Shown here: piece after piece, positions 1-9,680 of the stretch | Numbering within the stretch: the stretch's first letter is position 1 | How the letters are laid out: each line of letters opens with the position of its first letter | Source of the DNA: an uncultured bacterium | GTDB taxonomy: Bacteria; Patescibacteriota; Gracilibacteria; UBA1369; PNNO01 | Assembly: GCA_963704705.1 (NCBI GenBank) | Contig: OY969931.1 | Span: forward strand, 480,001-512,000 | Reading direction: 5' to 3' | DNA length: 32,000 nt | Notes under the pieces: model-generated | What the model was told of the DNA's origin: nothing | The model's input: only the letters and a program-made list of their open reading frames with translations | The model's database searches: none | Program-made: the position numbers and the translations under genes

Positions 1-1
1 T

Positions 2-568
2 GGAGTATGGGCTGGATTTACATATTTAATAGAATTTTTTGTGAGTTCACCATGGCTCATTTGGGTATTTTTTGCAGGGGAATTGATATTAATATTTACA
101 TCAGTTGCATGGAGCAGAAAAAAGCCTTTGAACTATGTTTTATTTAGTTTATTCGCTTTTTTAACCGGGTTAACAGTAACACCTTTGCTTCTTGTAGCTT
201 CTGCTACTGCTGGTTCAGGAGTTGTTGTTAAAGCTTTGCTGGCAACAGTTTTTATGTTTACCGCAGCGGGTTTAATCGGATGGACTACAAAAAAATCATT
301 GGCTGGCATGGGCGGATTTTTAATTATCTCATTAATTGGAATGATTATTGTTGGAATAATTGGAATATTTATCCCATGGAGTTCGACTTTTGAAATGATA
401 TATTCCGGAATTGGAGTTTTATTGTTTAGTGGATTTGCAATGTATGATTTTCAAAGAATTAAAAGTTTTCCTGAAGACAGATATATTGATGCTGCAATGC
501 ATTTATATTTAGATATATTTAATTTATTTATATTTATTTTACGACTTATTCTTAGTCAAAAATCATGA
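2..568 (+). CDS. BAX inhibitor-1/YccA-family integral membrane protein, 5' end probably outside the window
   Basis: Frame is open from base 2 with no stop before the GTG at 41. Multi-TM hydrophobic sequence. C-terminal MYDFQRIK...DAAMHLYLDIFNLFIFILRLI resembles the BI-1/YccA family. The TGA stop overlaps the next ATG (ATGA at 565-568). Confidence 0.75.
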   Translation, partial: GVWAGFTYLIEFFVSSPWLIWVFFAGELILIFTSVAWSRKKPLNYVLFSLFAFLTGLTVTPLLLVASATAGSGVVVKALLATVFMFTAAGLIGWTTKKSLAGMGGFLIISLIGMIIVGIIGIFIPWSSTFEMIYSGIGVLLFSGFAMYDFQRIKSFPEDRYIDAAMHLYLDIFNLFIFILRLILSQKS

Positions 569-1140
569 AGCAAAAAGATTTTACATTTCAGATCGGGGAT
601 TTGGTTAGGGGCCCTCAGGGCACCAAATTTACATTTGAATTAGATGAAGAAAATTCATTGATTGAACCTGAAGAGGATTTTAAGCCAAAAGGTAATATTA
701 CTGGTAAGATTTCTTTTATGAAATTGGATGACGGGATATTAGCTGAAATCCATGATTTGGGGCTTGATGTGGAGTTTAATTGCAATAAATGCAGGACAGA
801 TTTTATTAAGAAAATTAAAGTTCAGAATGCTGACAGAGTTTATTTTTTTGAGAAGCAGCGTGGGATTCAGGATTTAATGGATATTTTTTATGTTGATTTA
901 AAGAATATGGAGATTGATGCGAGTGATTTTATAAGACAAGAAATTATCTTGCATTTTCCTATGATTCCAGTATGCTCTAATAGCTGTAAAGGGCTTTGCC
1001 CTAAGTGCGGGACCAATTTAAACAAGAAAAGTTGCAACTGCAAAACAGACAGCGATCTAAAAGATCATGAAAAACCATTAGCAATACTTAAACAGTTATA
1101 CAATGCCAAAACATCCAGTTCCGAAGAAAAAGACAGCTAA
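565..1140 (+). CDS. yceD: YceD/DUF177 family protein (23S rRNA accumulation protein)
   Basis: Sits immediately upstream of and overlapping rpmF, the classic yceD-rpmF arrangement. C-terminal Cys cluster CSNSCKGLCPKCGTNLNKKSCNC is typical of DUF177. Confidence 0.8.
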   Translation: MKQKDFTFQIGDLVRGPQGTKFTFELDEENSLIEPEEDFKPKGNITGKISFMKLDDGILAEIHDLGLDVEFNCNKCRTDFIKKIKVQNADRVYFFEKQRGIQDLMDIFYVDLKNMEIDASDFIRQEIILHFPMIPVCSNSCKGLCPKCGTNLNKKSCNCKTDSDLKDHEKPLAILKQLYNAKTSSSEEKDS

Positions 1141-1342
1141 GTCGACAAGTAAAACCAGATACAGCACTTTTGAAAGGCTTACTCGAAAAAAGCTTGAGAA
1201 TAGTGTAAATTTAACCAAATGTCCTGATTGCGGTGCTACAAAACTTATTCATCATGTTTGCGAAGAATGCGGCAAATATAAAGGACGTCAGGTTAAAAAT
1301 CTTCAAAAGAAGATTGAAAAAATCACGAAAGTAAAAGCGTAA
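1103..1342 (+). CDS. rpmF: 50S ribosomal protein L32
   Basis: Basic N-terminus MPKHPVPKKKTAKSTSKTR and zinc-ribbon CPDCG...CEECG. Size and position after yceD fit L32. Confidence 0.9.
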   Translation: MPKHPVPKKKTAKSTSKTRYSTFERLTRKKLENSVNLTKCPDCGATKLIHHVCEECGKYKGRQVKNLQKKIEKITKVKA

Positions 1343-1351
1343 TTTGAAAAA

Positions 1352-1807
1352 ATGGCAAGTTATCGGCATCTCGCGAGAATTGCAGTGATGCAAACAATAT
1401 TCGAATATGAATTCCTCCAGAATTTAGAAGAAAAGAAAGAACTGGACGTTAAAAGCATGCTTGCCTATAATATTCGTCAATTATCCGGAAAAATCCAGGA
1501 TAAGTCTTTTTCAAACGAAACTTTGGATGGTGTGATTAAAAATTTAAAGAAAATCCATAAAATTATTACTGAAAACGCACCTGAATGGCCAGTTGATAAA
1601 ATCGCGCCTGTTGATCGTGCGATTCTTGAAATTGGTGTTTATGAAGTGGTTTTTTCAAAAGAGGTGCCACCGGTTGTTGCGATTAACGAAGCAATCGAAA
1701 TTGCTAAAGTTTATGGTGATACAAACTCCCCAAAATTTATAAATGGAGTTTTAAGCGCTGTAATGACAAAACATAACAAAAAAAATAATGGTAAAAAAAG
1801 TAAATAG
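1352..1807 (+). CDS. nusB: Transcription antitermination factor NusB
   Basis: [18 protein letters not shown]-terminus and [10 protein letters not shown]...[30 protein letters not shown] match NusB signature regions. Confidence 0.9.
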   Translation: MASYRHLARIAVMQTIFEYEFLQNLEEKKELDVKSMLAYNIRQLSGKIQDKSFSNETLDGVIKNLKKIHKIITENAPEWPVDKIAPVDRAILEIGVYEVVFSKEVPPVVAINEAIEIAKVYGDTNSPKFINGVLSAVMTKHNKKNNGKKSK

Positions 1808-2501
1808 ATATGCTGAATTGGAAAAACAGCTCGCAATAACCTTTATTGATAAAGATTTGTTGGATCATGCTTTTATTCATAAATCTTTTATGAATGAATA
1901 TAAAGGTGATGATAAATCAGATAATGAACGTCTCGAATTTTTAGGTGATGCTGTTTTGGAATTGGCGGTTACTGAATATTTATTTAAAACCTATTCAAAA
2001 AGTCCGGAAGGCGAACTTACTAATTGGCGCAGCGCCCTTGTGAAAGGTAAAAATCTGGCTAAAGTTGCTAATGAATTAAATCTTGGGAATTATTTATATT
2101 TAAGTAAAGGTGAAGAAAAATCAGGAGGCCGAAAGAAAAATTATATTCTTGCAAATACATTGGAAGCCCTTATCGGAGCTTTATATTTAGATAAGGGTTA
2201 CAAAATTGCACATGAATTTATTAATAAATATATTCTGATTAAATTAGAGGAGATTTTAGAAGAAGGGCTTCATATTGATGCAAAATCACACTTTCAGGAA
2301 CTTTCTCAGGAAGAATTTGATATTACACCTGAATATCGTTTAATCAGCGAATCAGGACCGGACCATGCAAAACGATTTGTTATGGGTGCTTTTTTGGGAG
2401 ATAAAAATGTAGGAGAAGGCGAGGGCAGCAGTAAGCAAAAAGCTGAAGAAGCAGCGGCTAGAAATGCTCTTCTAAAAGTGGATTGGAAGAAAAACGTATA
2501 A
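1788..2501 (+). CDS. rnc: Ribonuclease III
   Basis: RNase III signature [35 protein letters not shown], and a C-terminal dsRBD ending [15 protein letters not shown]. Confidence 0.93.
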   Translation: MVKKVNRYAELEKQLAITFIDKDLLDHAFIHKSFMNEYKGDDKSDNERLEFLGDAVLELAVTEYLFKTYSKSPEGELTNWRSALVKGKNLAKVANELNLGNYLYLSKGEEKSGGRKKNYILANTLEALIGALYLDKGYKIAHEFINKYILIKLEEILEEGLHIDAKSHFQELSQEEFDITPEYRLISESGPDHAKRFVMGAFLGDKNVGEGEGSSKQKAEEAAARNALLKVDWKKNV

Positions 2502-2572
2502 TTTCCTTGTATATGTAGTTATAGTTTTTGTATATTGAATACAATAACTATTTCTTAAATTTATATATAAAA

Positions 2573-3997
2573 ATGAAAATTTCTTATTCTGCTGCGGCAA
2601 ATTCAAAGGTTGATATAATATTGCAACCATTTTTTGAAGGAAAATCACCAAAAAAAGAATTAAAATTATTTAAAGGAAAAGCAGGTGAATTACTTTTATT
2701 ACCAAATGAAAAAGCTTTATATATAGGACTCGGCAAAAAAGAAAAACTGGAATCTGCTGATAATCGCGCTACTTTCGCAAAGGCGGCAAAGTGCTTAATG
2801 AACGATAAATATAACAATGTTGGATTAAAATGGGATACTTCTTTAAATAATTTTATGACAGAAATTTTAGAGGGAATTTTATTGGTAAATCATTTTGTTG
2901 GAAAATATAAAACCGGCAAAGAATTTAAAAAAGAACAGGATAAATTAATTAAAGAATTAACAATCATAGGCAAAACACTTCCTAAAAATTTCAAAAAAAC
3001 AGCGGATGATATTTTGAAAATTGCTGAAGTTGTTCATTATGTTCGTGATTTGGTAACCGGACCTCCAAATACTGTGAGTGTTGATTTTGTTGCAAATGAA
3101 GCAAAAAAAGCAGCAAAAGCAGGAGGTTTTACAGTGAAAGTTTATGATAAAGCATGGATAAAAAAGAATAAAATGGGTGGTATTTTGGGAGTAAATGCAG
3201 GTTCGGGCAGCAAAGGAGCGAAATTATTGGTAATGGAATATAAACCTAACAGTGCTGCAGCAAAAAAAGCGCCTATTATGCTTGTTGGTAAAGGTCTTAT
3301 TTTCGACAGCGGAGGTTACAACTTAAAACCCACCAAACATATTGAAGATATGCAGCAGGATATGGCTGGCGGTGCTACTGTTTTGGGAGTGTTTAAAGTT
3401 TTAAAACAATTAGGAATAAAACATAAAGTAGTAGGAATCGTACCTTTAACTGAAAATCTGATTGATGCAGACGCAATGAAACCTTCTGATATCCTTACTG
3501 CATACAATGGTAAAACAATTGAAGTACGGAATACTGATGCAGAGGGTCGTTTAATTTTGGCAGACGCACTTGCATATGGAGTTAAAACTTTTAAGCCGGA
3601 ATATACAATTGATTTGGCAACTCTGACTGGTGCCTGCATTGTGGCCCTTGGAGACAGATATGCCGCGGTAATGGGTAATGATAAAACTCTTATTCAGAAA
3701 TTAATTAAATCAGGTGAAACAACCGATGAACTTTTATGGGAACTGCCTTTACATAAAGACTTTAGCGAATCAATGAAGGGAATTATCGGAGATTTACGAA
3801 ATGCTGACAACGGAACAAGTTATATGGCAGGCTCATCAAAAGCCGGTGCATTCTTAGAGTATTTTGTAGATGAGTCAAAATGGGCACATCTTGATATTGC
3901 CGGAACAGCTTATGTACAAAAACCTAAAGCTCACGAAAGCCAGTTTGGAACAGGCTTTGGGGTTAGGCTTCTTGCAAACTTTCTACAAGCTTTGTAA
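2573..3997 (+). CDS. pepA: Leucyl aminopeptidase (M17 family)
   Basis: M17 signature NTDAEGRLILADAL, plus VGKGLIFDSGGYNLKP and DMAGGA metal/active-site blocks. I prefer the ATG at 2573 (MKISYS...) over the track's TTG at 2528. Confidence 0.9.
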   Translation: MKISYSAAANSKVDIILQPFFEGKSPKKELKLFKGKAGELLLLPNEKALYIGLGKKEKLESADNRATFAKAAKCLMNDKYNNVGLKWDTSLNNFMTEILEGILLVNHFVGKYKTGKEFKKEQDKLIKELTIIGKTLPKNFKKTADDILKIAEVVHYVRDLVTGPPNTVSVDFVANEAKKAAKAGGFTVKVYDKAWIKKNKMGGILGVNAGSGSKGAKLLVMEYKPNSAAAKKAPIMLVGKGLIFDSGGYNLKPTKHIEDMQQDMAGGATVLGVFKVLKQLGIKHKVVGIVPLTENLIDADAMKPSDILTAYNGKTIEVRNTDAEGRLILADALAYGVKTFKPEYTIDLATLTGACIVALGDRYAAVMGNDKTLIQKLIKSGETTDELLWELPLHKDFSESMKGIIGDLRNADNGTSYMAGSSKAGAFLEYFVDESKWAHLDIAGTAYVQKPKAHESQFGTGFGVRLLANFLQAL

Positions 3998-4337
3998 CTT
4001 TTTCTCGTACAAGTGCAAGTAACCTATCTGATTCTTTTGAATCTTCGGGTCTGTCTTTACCAAATCCAAGATCTATTGGCTGTCTCAAGCATGATTGTGA
4101 ACCCCACTCAATTTTATTTTTAGATAATATAATTATACCTGCTCCTTTAAATTCACCATGATTATTAATTATCCAATTTTCTGCTGTTAGTGCGTGATTA
4201 TTATCACAATTAAATAATAATAATATTTGTTCACGACTGTTACCTTGTATGCTTTCAATTACAGCAAATTTTACACCAAATCCAACCATTAAATCATCTT
4301 GAATATCTTCAACACTCTTATAAAATTCAACTCGCAT
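3963..4337 (-). CDS. Hypothetical protein (124 aa)
   Basis: ORF only, no recognised motif. Its 3' end overlaps the pepA 3' end convergently by 35 nt. Confidence 0.4.
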   Translation of the reverse strand: MRVEFYKSVEDIQDDLMVGFGVKFAVIESIQGNSREQILLLFNCDNNHALTAENWIINNHGEFKGAGIIILSKNKIEWGSQSCLRQPIDLGFGKDRPEDSKESDRLLALVREKVTKLVESLQEA

Positions 4338-4393
4338 AATAAATAATTATTATAGGCAAATTGTAGATTTTTAATAGAATTTGTCAAACTCTA

Positions 4394-4888
4394 TTAGACT
4401 GCCCATTTTTTAAGTTCCTCAGGTGCGTCTTCTGGGTATTTAATATTTGGACCCTGTTCAACAATAATGCCTCTGGATTTTAAAATATCCCAATTCGGCA
4501 GAGCTTCAGGGTAACCTTCCTGAAAAACAACCCTTTTAATACCTGATTCAGCAATTAAACTTGAGCAAACACGGCAGGGATGTTTTGTACAGTAGATTGT
4601 TGCGCCATCAACGCTAATGCCTTTTTTAGCACAGAGTGCAAGACACCATTGCTCAGCGCAAATCCCATAACAAACTTCGCGTTCATGACCTGATTTACAG
4701 CCTCTAATATTTCTTATACATCCGATTTCAGTACAAGGTGTTTCAGGATGCCAATCATTGCAATGTAATATTAGAATTTCGCCGTCTTTAACTATTGCAG
4801 CTGCGATTTTAGCGCGAAGGCAGTGAGCTTTTGGTTCATTGTCATCTATTTGTTCAAGGATTTTTTTGTCTTCTTCTGTAATTGCCAT
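4394..4888 (-). CDS. Cytidine/deoxycytidylate deaminase family protein (dCMP deaminase/ComEB-like)
   Basis: PCxxC zinc motif (HPCRVCSSLIAESGIKRVVF) and a catalytic xAE motif that reads CAE (GICAEQW) rather than HAE. A Cys-rich insert (CTEIGCIRNIRGCKSGHEREVC) resembles the second zinc site of dCMP deaminases. Confidence 0.75.
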   Translation of the reverse strand: MAITEEDKKILEQIDDNEPKAHCLRAKIAAAIVKDGEILILHCNDWHPETPCTEIGCIRNIRGCKSGHEREVCYGICAEQWCLALCAKKGISVDGATIYCTKHPCRVCSSLIAESGIKRVVFQEGYPEALPNWDILKSRGIIVEQGPNIKYPEDAPEELKKWAV

Positions 4889-4899
4889 ATTAAATTTTG

Positions 4900-6609
4900 T
4901 TAACCAATTAAGGTGTCCTCAAGTGATTTGCCGCTTGGGACCATAGGAAATACGTTTTCTTCAGCTTCAGTAATGCATTCGCAAAGCACCGAACCTTTAT
5001 CCTTTTTAGCTTGTTTCATTATTTTTTTAGCTTCGCCTATAGTTTCAGCTCTGTAAAATTTCATTCCGTAAGCTTTGGCAATAAATTCCAAATTTGGAAC
5101 TGTCATGTGAGTACCTATATATTTTTTGTCATAGAACAAATCCTGCCATTGCCTTACCATTCCCAAAAAGCTGTTGTTACTAACTACTATTTTAATATCA
5201 ATTTTATCCTGTTGGAGTGTCATTAATTCCTGCATGTTCATTTGAAATCCTCCATCTCCGCAAAGAGCCCATACTTCTTTATTTGGTTTTGCCATTTTCA
5301 CTCCCATTGCTGTTGGAATTGCGAATCCCATGCAGCCAAGTCCGCCAGAAGTGATTGAAGTTTTTGGATGAGTATAACCCCAGCTTTGCGCAGCGAACAT
5401 CTGGTTTTGGCCTACATCAGTTACAAAATACGCGTCTTCGTCAGCTGCAGCGCGAATTGCTTTTACTACATCAGCTGCTTTTAATTTATCAGAATCTTTT
5501 CTTAAATTAGTTTTCATTTTGCGATCCTGAAACTTTGCAATTTTGGTTCGGTAATTATTAAGTTCTTCATTCCACTCAGGATAAGGCTTTGGACCTGCCT
5601 TGGGAACAGCTTTGATTAAATCTTTTAAAACTGACTTCGCATCACCTACAATAGGCACTGTTACATGCGTATTCTTGCCAATTTCAGCCGGATCAATATC
5701 AATATGGATTATGTCAGCACCTTTAGCAAATGTTTTTAAATCTCCTGTGATTCTGTCATCAAAACGTTCTCCAATTCCTATTATCAAATCAGAATTATGA
5801 GTAGCATAATTACAAACAGCATGGCCGTGCATTCCAAGCATTCCAAGTGAAAGGGGATGATGCTCAGGAATCGAGCCTAGTCCGTGAATTGTATTTATTA
5901 CTGGAATTTGAGTTTTTTCAGCAAATTCAACAAGTTCTTTTTCTGCGTTACTTAGAATTATTCCATGACCTGCCAGAATAATCGGCTTTTTAGCTTTTTT
6001 AATTGTTGCGATTGCCAGTTCAATTTGCTTTGGGCTGCCTTTTATTTGAGGATTATAACCCGGCAAATTAACTTTTTCAGGATATTCGAATTCGCATTCA
6101 TGAACCTGAACATCCTTTGGAAGATCAATTAAAACAGGTCCGGGCCTTCCTGTTCCTGCTATATAAAAAGCTTCTTTTATTATACGTGCCAGATCTTTTA
6201 CATCATCAACAAGATAATTATGTTTTGTGATCGGGATTGTTATACCCGCAATATCAACTTCCTGAAAGGCATCTGTACCAATAACACTTAATGGAACCTG
6301 ACCCGTAAAATAAACAACAGGAATGGAATCCATAAATGCGTTGGCAATTCCAGTAACGAGATTTGTTGCTCCAGGGCCTGATGTGCCGAATGCAACTCCC
6401 GGTCTGTTATTAACTCTTGCCCAGCCTTCTGCTGCAAATGCAGCTCCTTGTTCATGACGAACTAAAATATGGCGAATTTGCGGGTACTGCGGCATTGTGT
6501 CGTAAATTGGCAGAAGTGCACCACCGGGATATCCAAAAATGGTATCAACTCCTTCTTTTATAAGGCATTCAAATAAAATCTGAGATCCATTTAATTTCTT
6601 TCTTGTCAT
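4900..6609 (-). CDS. ilvB: Acetolactate synthase large subunit-like ThDP enzyme
   Basis: N-terminal GSQILFECLIKEGVDTIFGYPGGALLPIYD, ThDP-binding GDGGFQMNMQEL...NNSFLGMVRQWQ, and 569 aa length. No ilvN or ilvC is adjacent. Confidence 0.85.
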   Translation of the reverse strand: MTRKKLNGSQILFECLIKEGVDTIFGYPGGALLPIYDTMPQYPQIRHILVRHEQGAAFAAEGWARVNNRPGVAFGTSGPGATNLVTGIANAFMDSIPVVYFTGQVPLSVIGTDAFQEVDIAGITIPITKHNYLVDDVKDLARIIKEAFYIAGTGRPGPVLIDLPKDVQVHECEFEYPEKVNLPGYNPQIKGSPKQIELAIATIKKAKKPIILAGHGIILSNAEKELVEFAEKTQIPVINTIHGLGSIPEHHPLSLGMLGMHGHAVCNYATHNSDLIIGIGERFDDRITGDLKTFAKGADIIHIDIDPAEIGKNTHVTVPIVGDAKSVLKDLIKAVPKAGPKPYPEWNEELNNYRTKIAKFQDRKMKTNLRKDSDKLKAADVVKAIRAAADEDAYFVTDVGQNQMFAAQSWGYTHPKTSITSGGLGCMGFAIPTAMGVKMAKPNKEVWALCGDGGFQMNMQELMTLQQDKIDIKIVVSNNSFLGMVRQWQDLFYDKKYIGTHMTVPNLEFIAKAYGMKFYRAETIGEAKKIMKQAKKDKGSVLCECITEAEENVFPMVPSGKSLEDTLIG

Positions 6610-6625
6610 AATGAAATTATAACAA

Positions 6626-7582
6626 TTAATCTTCTATTCTCCAAACTTCATCGGTCACTATTTTACCTGGTATTGTAAAGCCGGCAGCCTTTTTGTGACC
6701 GCCACCTCCAAGCTTGCAACTAAGCGCTGAAACATCTACATCTTCGTTGCCTGACCGCATCGAGCCCTGAACATTTCCTTTCATATCTTCTGATAAAAGA
6801 ACGCTCATTTTGCAGTTTGGAACTGAATTAAGATAATTAATAACTCCTGACAGGTCTTTTGGACTGGCATTTGTTTCCTCGAATTCGTCAGATGTAATTT
6901 TTGAAACTATGGTTCCTTGTTTATTTACTTTTATATTCGACAGGACTCTGCCCCAAAGTCTAAGTTGTTCAACTGTTTTTGTTTTAAACATATTTTTAAC
7001 AATTAAATTTGCACTTGCTCCTGCTTCCATTAATTCAGAAGCAATTTTGTAAATTTCAGAATTGGTATTCGTATGCATAAAACTACCGGTATCACAATAA
7101 ATACCCGACAATAAGCATGTTGCCATTGCAGGAAGAACAGGTGTTTTAAGAAATTTTAAAAACTTATAAATAATTATTGTTGTTGATGCTGCATTTGTAT
7201 CAATAATATTAATATCTCCAAACTTTGTGTTTGAAGCATGGTGATCAATATTTATTAAAGGGATTTTTTTTTGGAAAAATTCAGATTTTGTTTCGGGATA
7301 TTTCATCTGATCAAAACTGCTGCAATCAACACTTATAATCAAATCTACATCATCTGAATTAAATTTTTTATGAACATCTGCGCTTTCCGGCAAGAAATTC
7401 AATGAAAAGGGAAGAGGATCTGCGCACGCTGAAGAAACAGTTATTCCGAAATATAAAGATAATGCTTTTTTTAATGCTAAATTTGATCCGATTGTGTCTC
7501 CGTCGGGTTGTCTGTGCGAAATAATTAGAACATGGCTGCTGTCTTTTAAGTATGACGCGGCTTTTTCAAATTCGATTTGCAT
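6626..7582 (-). CDS. nrnA: DHH/DHHA1 phosphoesterase (NrnA-like oligoribonuclease/pAp phosphatase)
   Basis: Motifs HRQPDGDTIGS, VDCS, NIDHH and C-terminal GGGHKKAAGF. Confidence 0.85.
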   Translation of the reverse strand: MQIEFEKAASYLKDSSHVLIISHRQPDGDTIGSNLALKKALSLYFGITVSSACADPLPFSLNFLPESADVHKKFNSDDVDLIISVDCSSFDQMKYPETKSEFFQKKIPLINIDHHASNTKFGDINIIDTNAASTTIIIYKFLKFLKTPVLPAMATCLLSGIYCDTGSFMHTNTNSEIYKIASELMEAGASANLIVKNMFKTKTVEQLRLWGRVLSNIKVNKQGTIVSKITSDEFEETNASPKDLSGVINYLNSVPNCKMSVLLSEDMKGNVQGSMRSGNEDVDVSALSCKLGGGGHKKAAGFTIPGKIVTDEVWRIED

Positions 7583-7686
7583 AAAATATTCATTGGTTTA
7601 TGAGCGCGCCAAAGGTTATTAATATAAAAAACAAACAGATTATTTTCAACTAACTGGCCTTGCAATAACCATTGAGACATTGCAAT

Positions 7687-8574
7687 CTAAGCTTTTGCAA
7701 ATCTTTCTCTTTCTTCAAATTGATTTCCTGTAATGATTATATAAATCACTGCAAAATAAGGTAATACTATTTGAATAAAATTGAATCCACCTATGAAAAT
7801 GCTGATCAATAACCCAATTCCAATAATTATTGATACTATTCGTTCCAATAATCCCAAAGCCATTAATGAACCGAGTAATATACTGAAAATTCCCGTATGA
7901 ACAACAAACCAATAATTGCTATAACTTTCTATTCCAAATATGCTTTGCATAAAATTAAGTGTTGGCATTGCATCAACAAAGGCGATAGCACCTGAATTAT
8001 CCAAAATATTATGATGAAGCGCAGCATAAGCTAAAGTCATTCCTCCAAGAAATCTCAACACAGGTAAAGCGAATTTTCTAAAATGGTCAAAAAGCTCTTT
8101 TTTATCAACAGGATGAAAAAAGAAACTGAATGAAAGAGCATCGCGATGCACAAGAAATAAAAATACAGCTATGCCTGCAAATATTGTGTAGTCAAGCATA
8201 TCCATATAAGGGAAAATAAAAAAACCAGCAATAAAACACGCGAGTAAACCCAAATTTACAAATCTTATAAAGATTCCCAAGGTAAGGCCTAATCCGATTA
8301 CAATTTGAGCTATCCTTAATGCAAGTCCCAAAACAGAATTATCCAAAGGCATTCCCGGAGCAAATAAATAATTATCAAAACCTCCGATTATTAAAAGGAC
8401 TCCGGTAATAATCGAAAGAAAGGTAGGCGACAAAAATGAACCTCTTTTTAATATATCAATAAGTTTGTTAATAGAAGCGTTTTTACGTGCGATAAATTCA
8501 AGAATTGCTGCAAAAATGAAAACTGAAAATGCAACTACTATAGGTACTATGTACCATGTTAAATATTCGTTCAT
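7687..8574 (-). CDS. Polytopic membrane protein of unknown function
   Basis: 295 aa, about 8 hydrophobic segments, no recognised catalytic motif. Confidence 0.6.
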   Translation of the reverse strand: MNEYLTWYIVPIVVAFSVFIFAAILEFIARKNASINKLIDILKRGSFLSPTFLSIITGVLLIIGGFDNYLFAPGMPLDNSVLGLALRIAQIVIGLGLTLGIFIRFVNLGLLACFIAGFFIFPYMDMLDYTIFAGIAVFLFLVHRDALSFSFFFHPVDKKELFDHFRKFALPVLRFLGGMTLAYAALHHNILDNSGAIAFVDAMPTLNFMQSIFGIESYSNYWFVVHTGIFSILLGSLMALGLLERIVSIIIGIGLLISIFIGGFNFIQIVLPYFAVIYIIITGNQFEERERFAKA

Positions 8575-8587
8575 ATCAATTTAGTTA

Positions 8588-8785
8588 TTATTCGACATCA
8601 GTCCAGCTGATTGCCTGAACAGGACATGCATCAATTGCAGCCTGAATATTTGCATCTTCGTCACCTGTTGGATTTATTGCTTTTGATTTACCATTATCCT
8701 GCATCGCAAACACTTTTGGACATAATTGAGTACAAAGTCCGCATCCAATACATGTATCTTCATTTACAACAGCACCTTTTGGCAT
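8588..8785 (-). CDS. Small single-cluster ferredoxin
   Basis: CIGCGLCTQLCP...ACPVQAI motif. I start at the internal ATG (MPKGAVV...). The longer track ORF (to 8884) would translate a GC-rich hairpin region whose codon usage is atypical for this genome. Confidence 0.8.
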   Translation of the reverse strand: MPKGAVVNEDTCIGCGLCTQLCPKVFAMQDNGKSKAINPTGDEDANIQAAIDACPVQAISWTDVE

Positions 8786-8814
8786 TTTTAATTGGTTAAT
8801 TATTAATGGAGTTC

Positions 8815-8867
8815 GCCCGCCAAAGGCGGGCTCACGCTTACGCTCGCGATAAGTTTTCGCTCGCGAG
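8815..8867 (-). promoter_or_regulatory. GC-rich structured element upstream of the ferredoxin start
   Basis: Hairpin GCCCGCC-AAA-GGCGGGC (8815-8831). Second hairpin CTCGCGA...TCGCGAG (8843-8867). Direct repeat CGCTCGCGA occurs twice. All of this sits in an otherwise AT-rich divergent fdx/fur intergenic region. Confidence 0.45.
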
Positions 8868-8939
8868 AGATTCGCATGGCTCATCTCTTATAGTATTTTT
8901 TTTATTCACATTTGGCAAGATTTTCATTAAACTCAAGTT

Positions 8940-9311
8940 ATGAAATATAGATATTCAGCACAAAGAGATAAAATTTTTAAAAAATTAAAGGCTTCTGGCA
9001 AGCATTTAACAGCTGAACAAATACATAAACTGGTTCCCGACATGGGGCTTGGTACTGTTTATAGAAATTTGGGTATTTTAGCGGACATGGGAAAAATAAT
9101 GAAATTCACTTTTGGTGATCGTTCTGTTTTTGAGGTCGATGAACAGCCGCATCATCATTTAGTGTGTAAAAAATGCGGGAAAATTACAAACGTTTATAAA
9201 CCTGCAAATTTTAAATGTGTTAATTGCTTGAGCTTTGTAAAGGATTTTAATGTAGATGAAGCTTATATTAACGCTTTTGGGTATTGCGCTAAATGTTCAA
9301 AAAAGAAGTAA
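8940..9311 (+). CDS. Fur-family metalloregulator (Fur/Zur/PerR class not resolvable)
   Basis: wHTH region LTAEQIHKLV...GLGTVYRNLGIL, then HHHLVCKKCGK and a C-terminal CAKC (paired CxxC structural zinc site). Confidence 0.8.
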   Translation: MKYRYSAQRDKIFKKLKASGKHLTAEQIHKLVPDMGLGTVYRNLGILADMGKIMKFTFGDRSVFEVDEQPHHHLVCKKCGKITNVYKPANFKCVNCLSFVKDFNVDEAYINAFGYCAKCSKKK

Positions 9312-9603
9312 GTTCATGTACTCTCTTCTGAGTCAGCAGTTTATCAGATGATTTTATTAAATCTCCGTCAAAACTTATTCCAAGATATTCATGAATATTA
9401 AATAGATCATCTTCATCAAGGCCCTGAAGCATGAGTCTTTGTTTTAATTCATTTATTATATCCGATAAATGATAAGCATTAAAAGCTGCCAATTGCACTG
9501 CATATTCATGCAATTCGTATTTGTTGTCGAGTTTAGCAATTGTTTCTTTTAAACTGGGGGATGGAGGTTCCGAGGACGGAGGCTGGTCATCAGTTGTATG
9601 CAT
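9289..9603 (-). CDS. Hypothetical protein (104 aa)
   Basis: ORF with its own TTGACA/TAAAAT promoter-like boxes upstream. No recognised motif. Convergent 23-nt overlap with the Fur-family gene. Confidence 0.45.
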   Translation of the reverse strand: MHTTDDQPPSSEPPSPSLKETIAKLDNKYELHEYAVQLAAFNAYHLSDIINELKQRLMLQGLDEDDLFNIHEYLGISFDGDLIKSSDKLLTQKRVHELTSFLNI

Positions 9604-9647
9604 ATATTTTTTTAGAAAAATTATTGCTATTAAAAATTATCATAGTT

Positions 9648-9675
9648 ATTTTAATATGTAAATATCTTTTGTCAA
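9648..9675 (-). promoter_or_regulatory. Sigma70-like promoter for the 104-aa gene
   Basis: On the minus strand: TTGACA (9675-9670), 16-nt spacer, TAAAAT (9653-9648). Confidence 0.4.
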
Positions 9676-9680
9676 ACAAT

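Noticed and set aside
2528-2572. TTG start for pepA at 2528
   Set aside because: The added residues (MYIEYNNYFLNLYIK) look like translated AT-rich intergenic DNA. The ATG at 2573 is the more plausible start.
8786-8884. Longer 98-aa version of the ferredoxin ORF starting at 8884
   Set aside because: The extra 33 codons coincide with GC-rich hairpins and use CGC/CGT/GCC/GGC/GGG codons that are atypical for this AT-rich genome. The internal ATG gives a normal ~65-aa ferredoxin. Kept as a structured upstream element instead.
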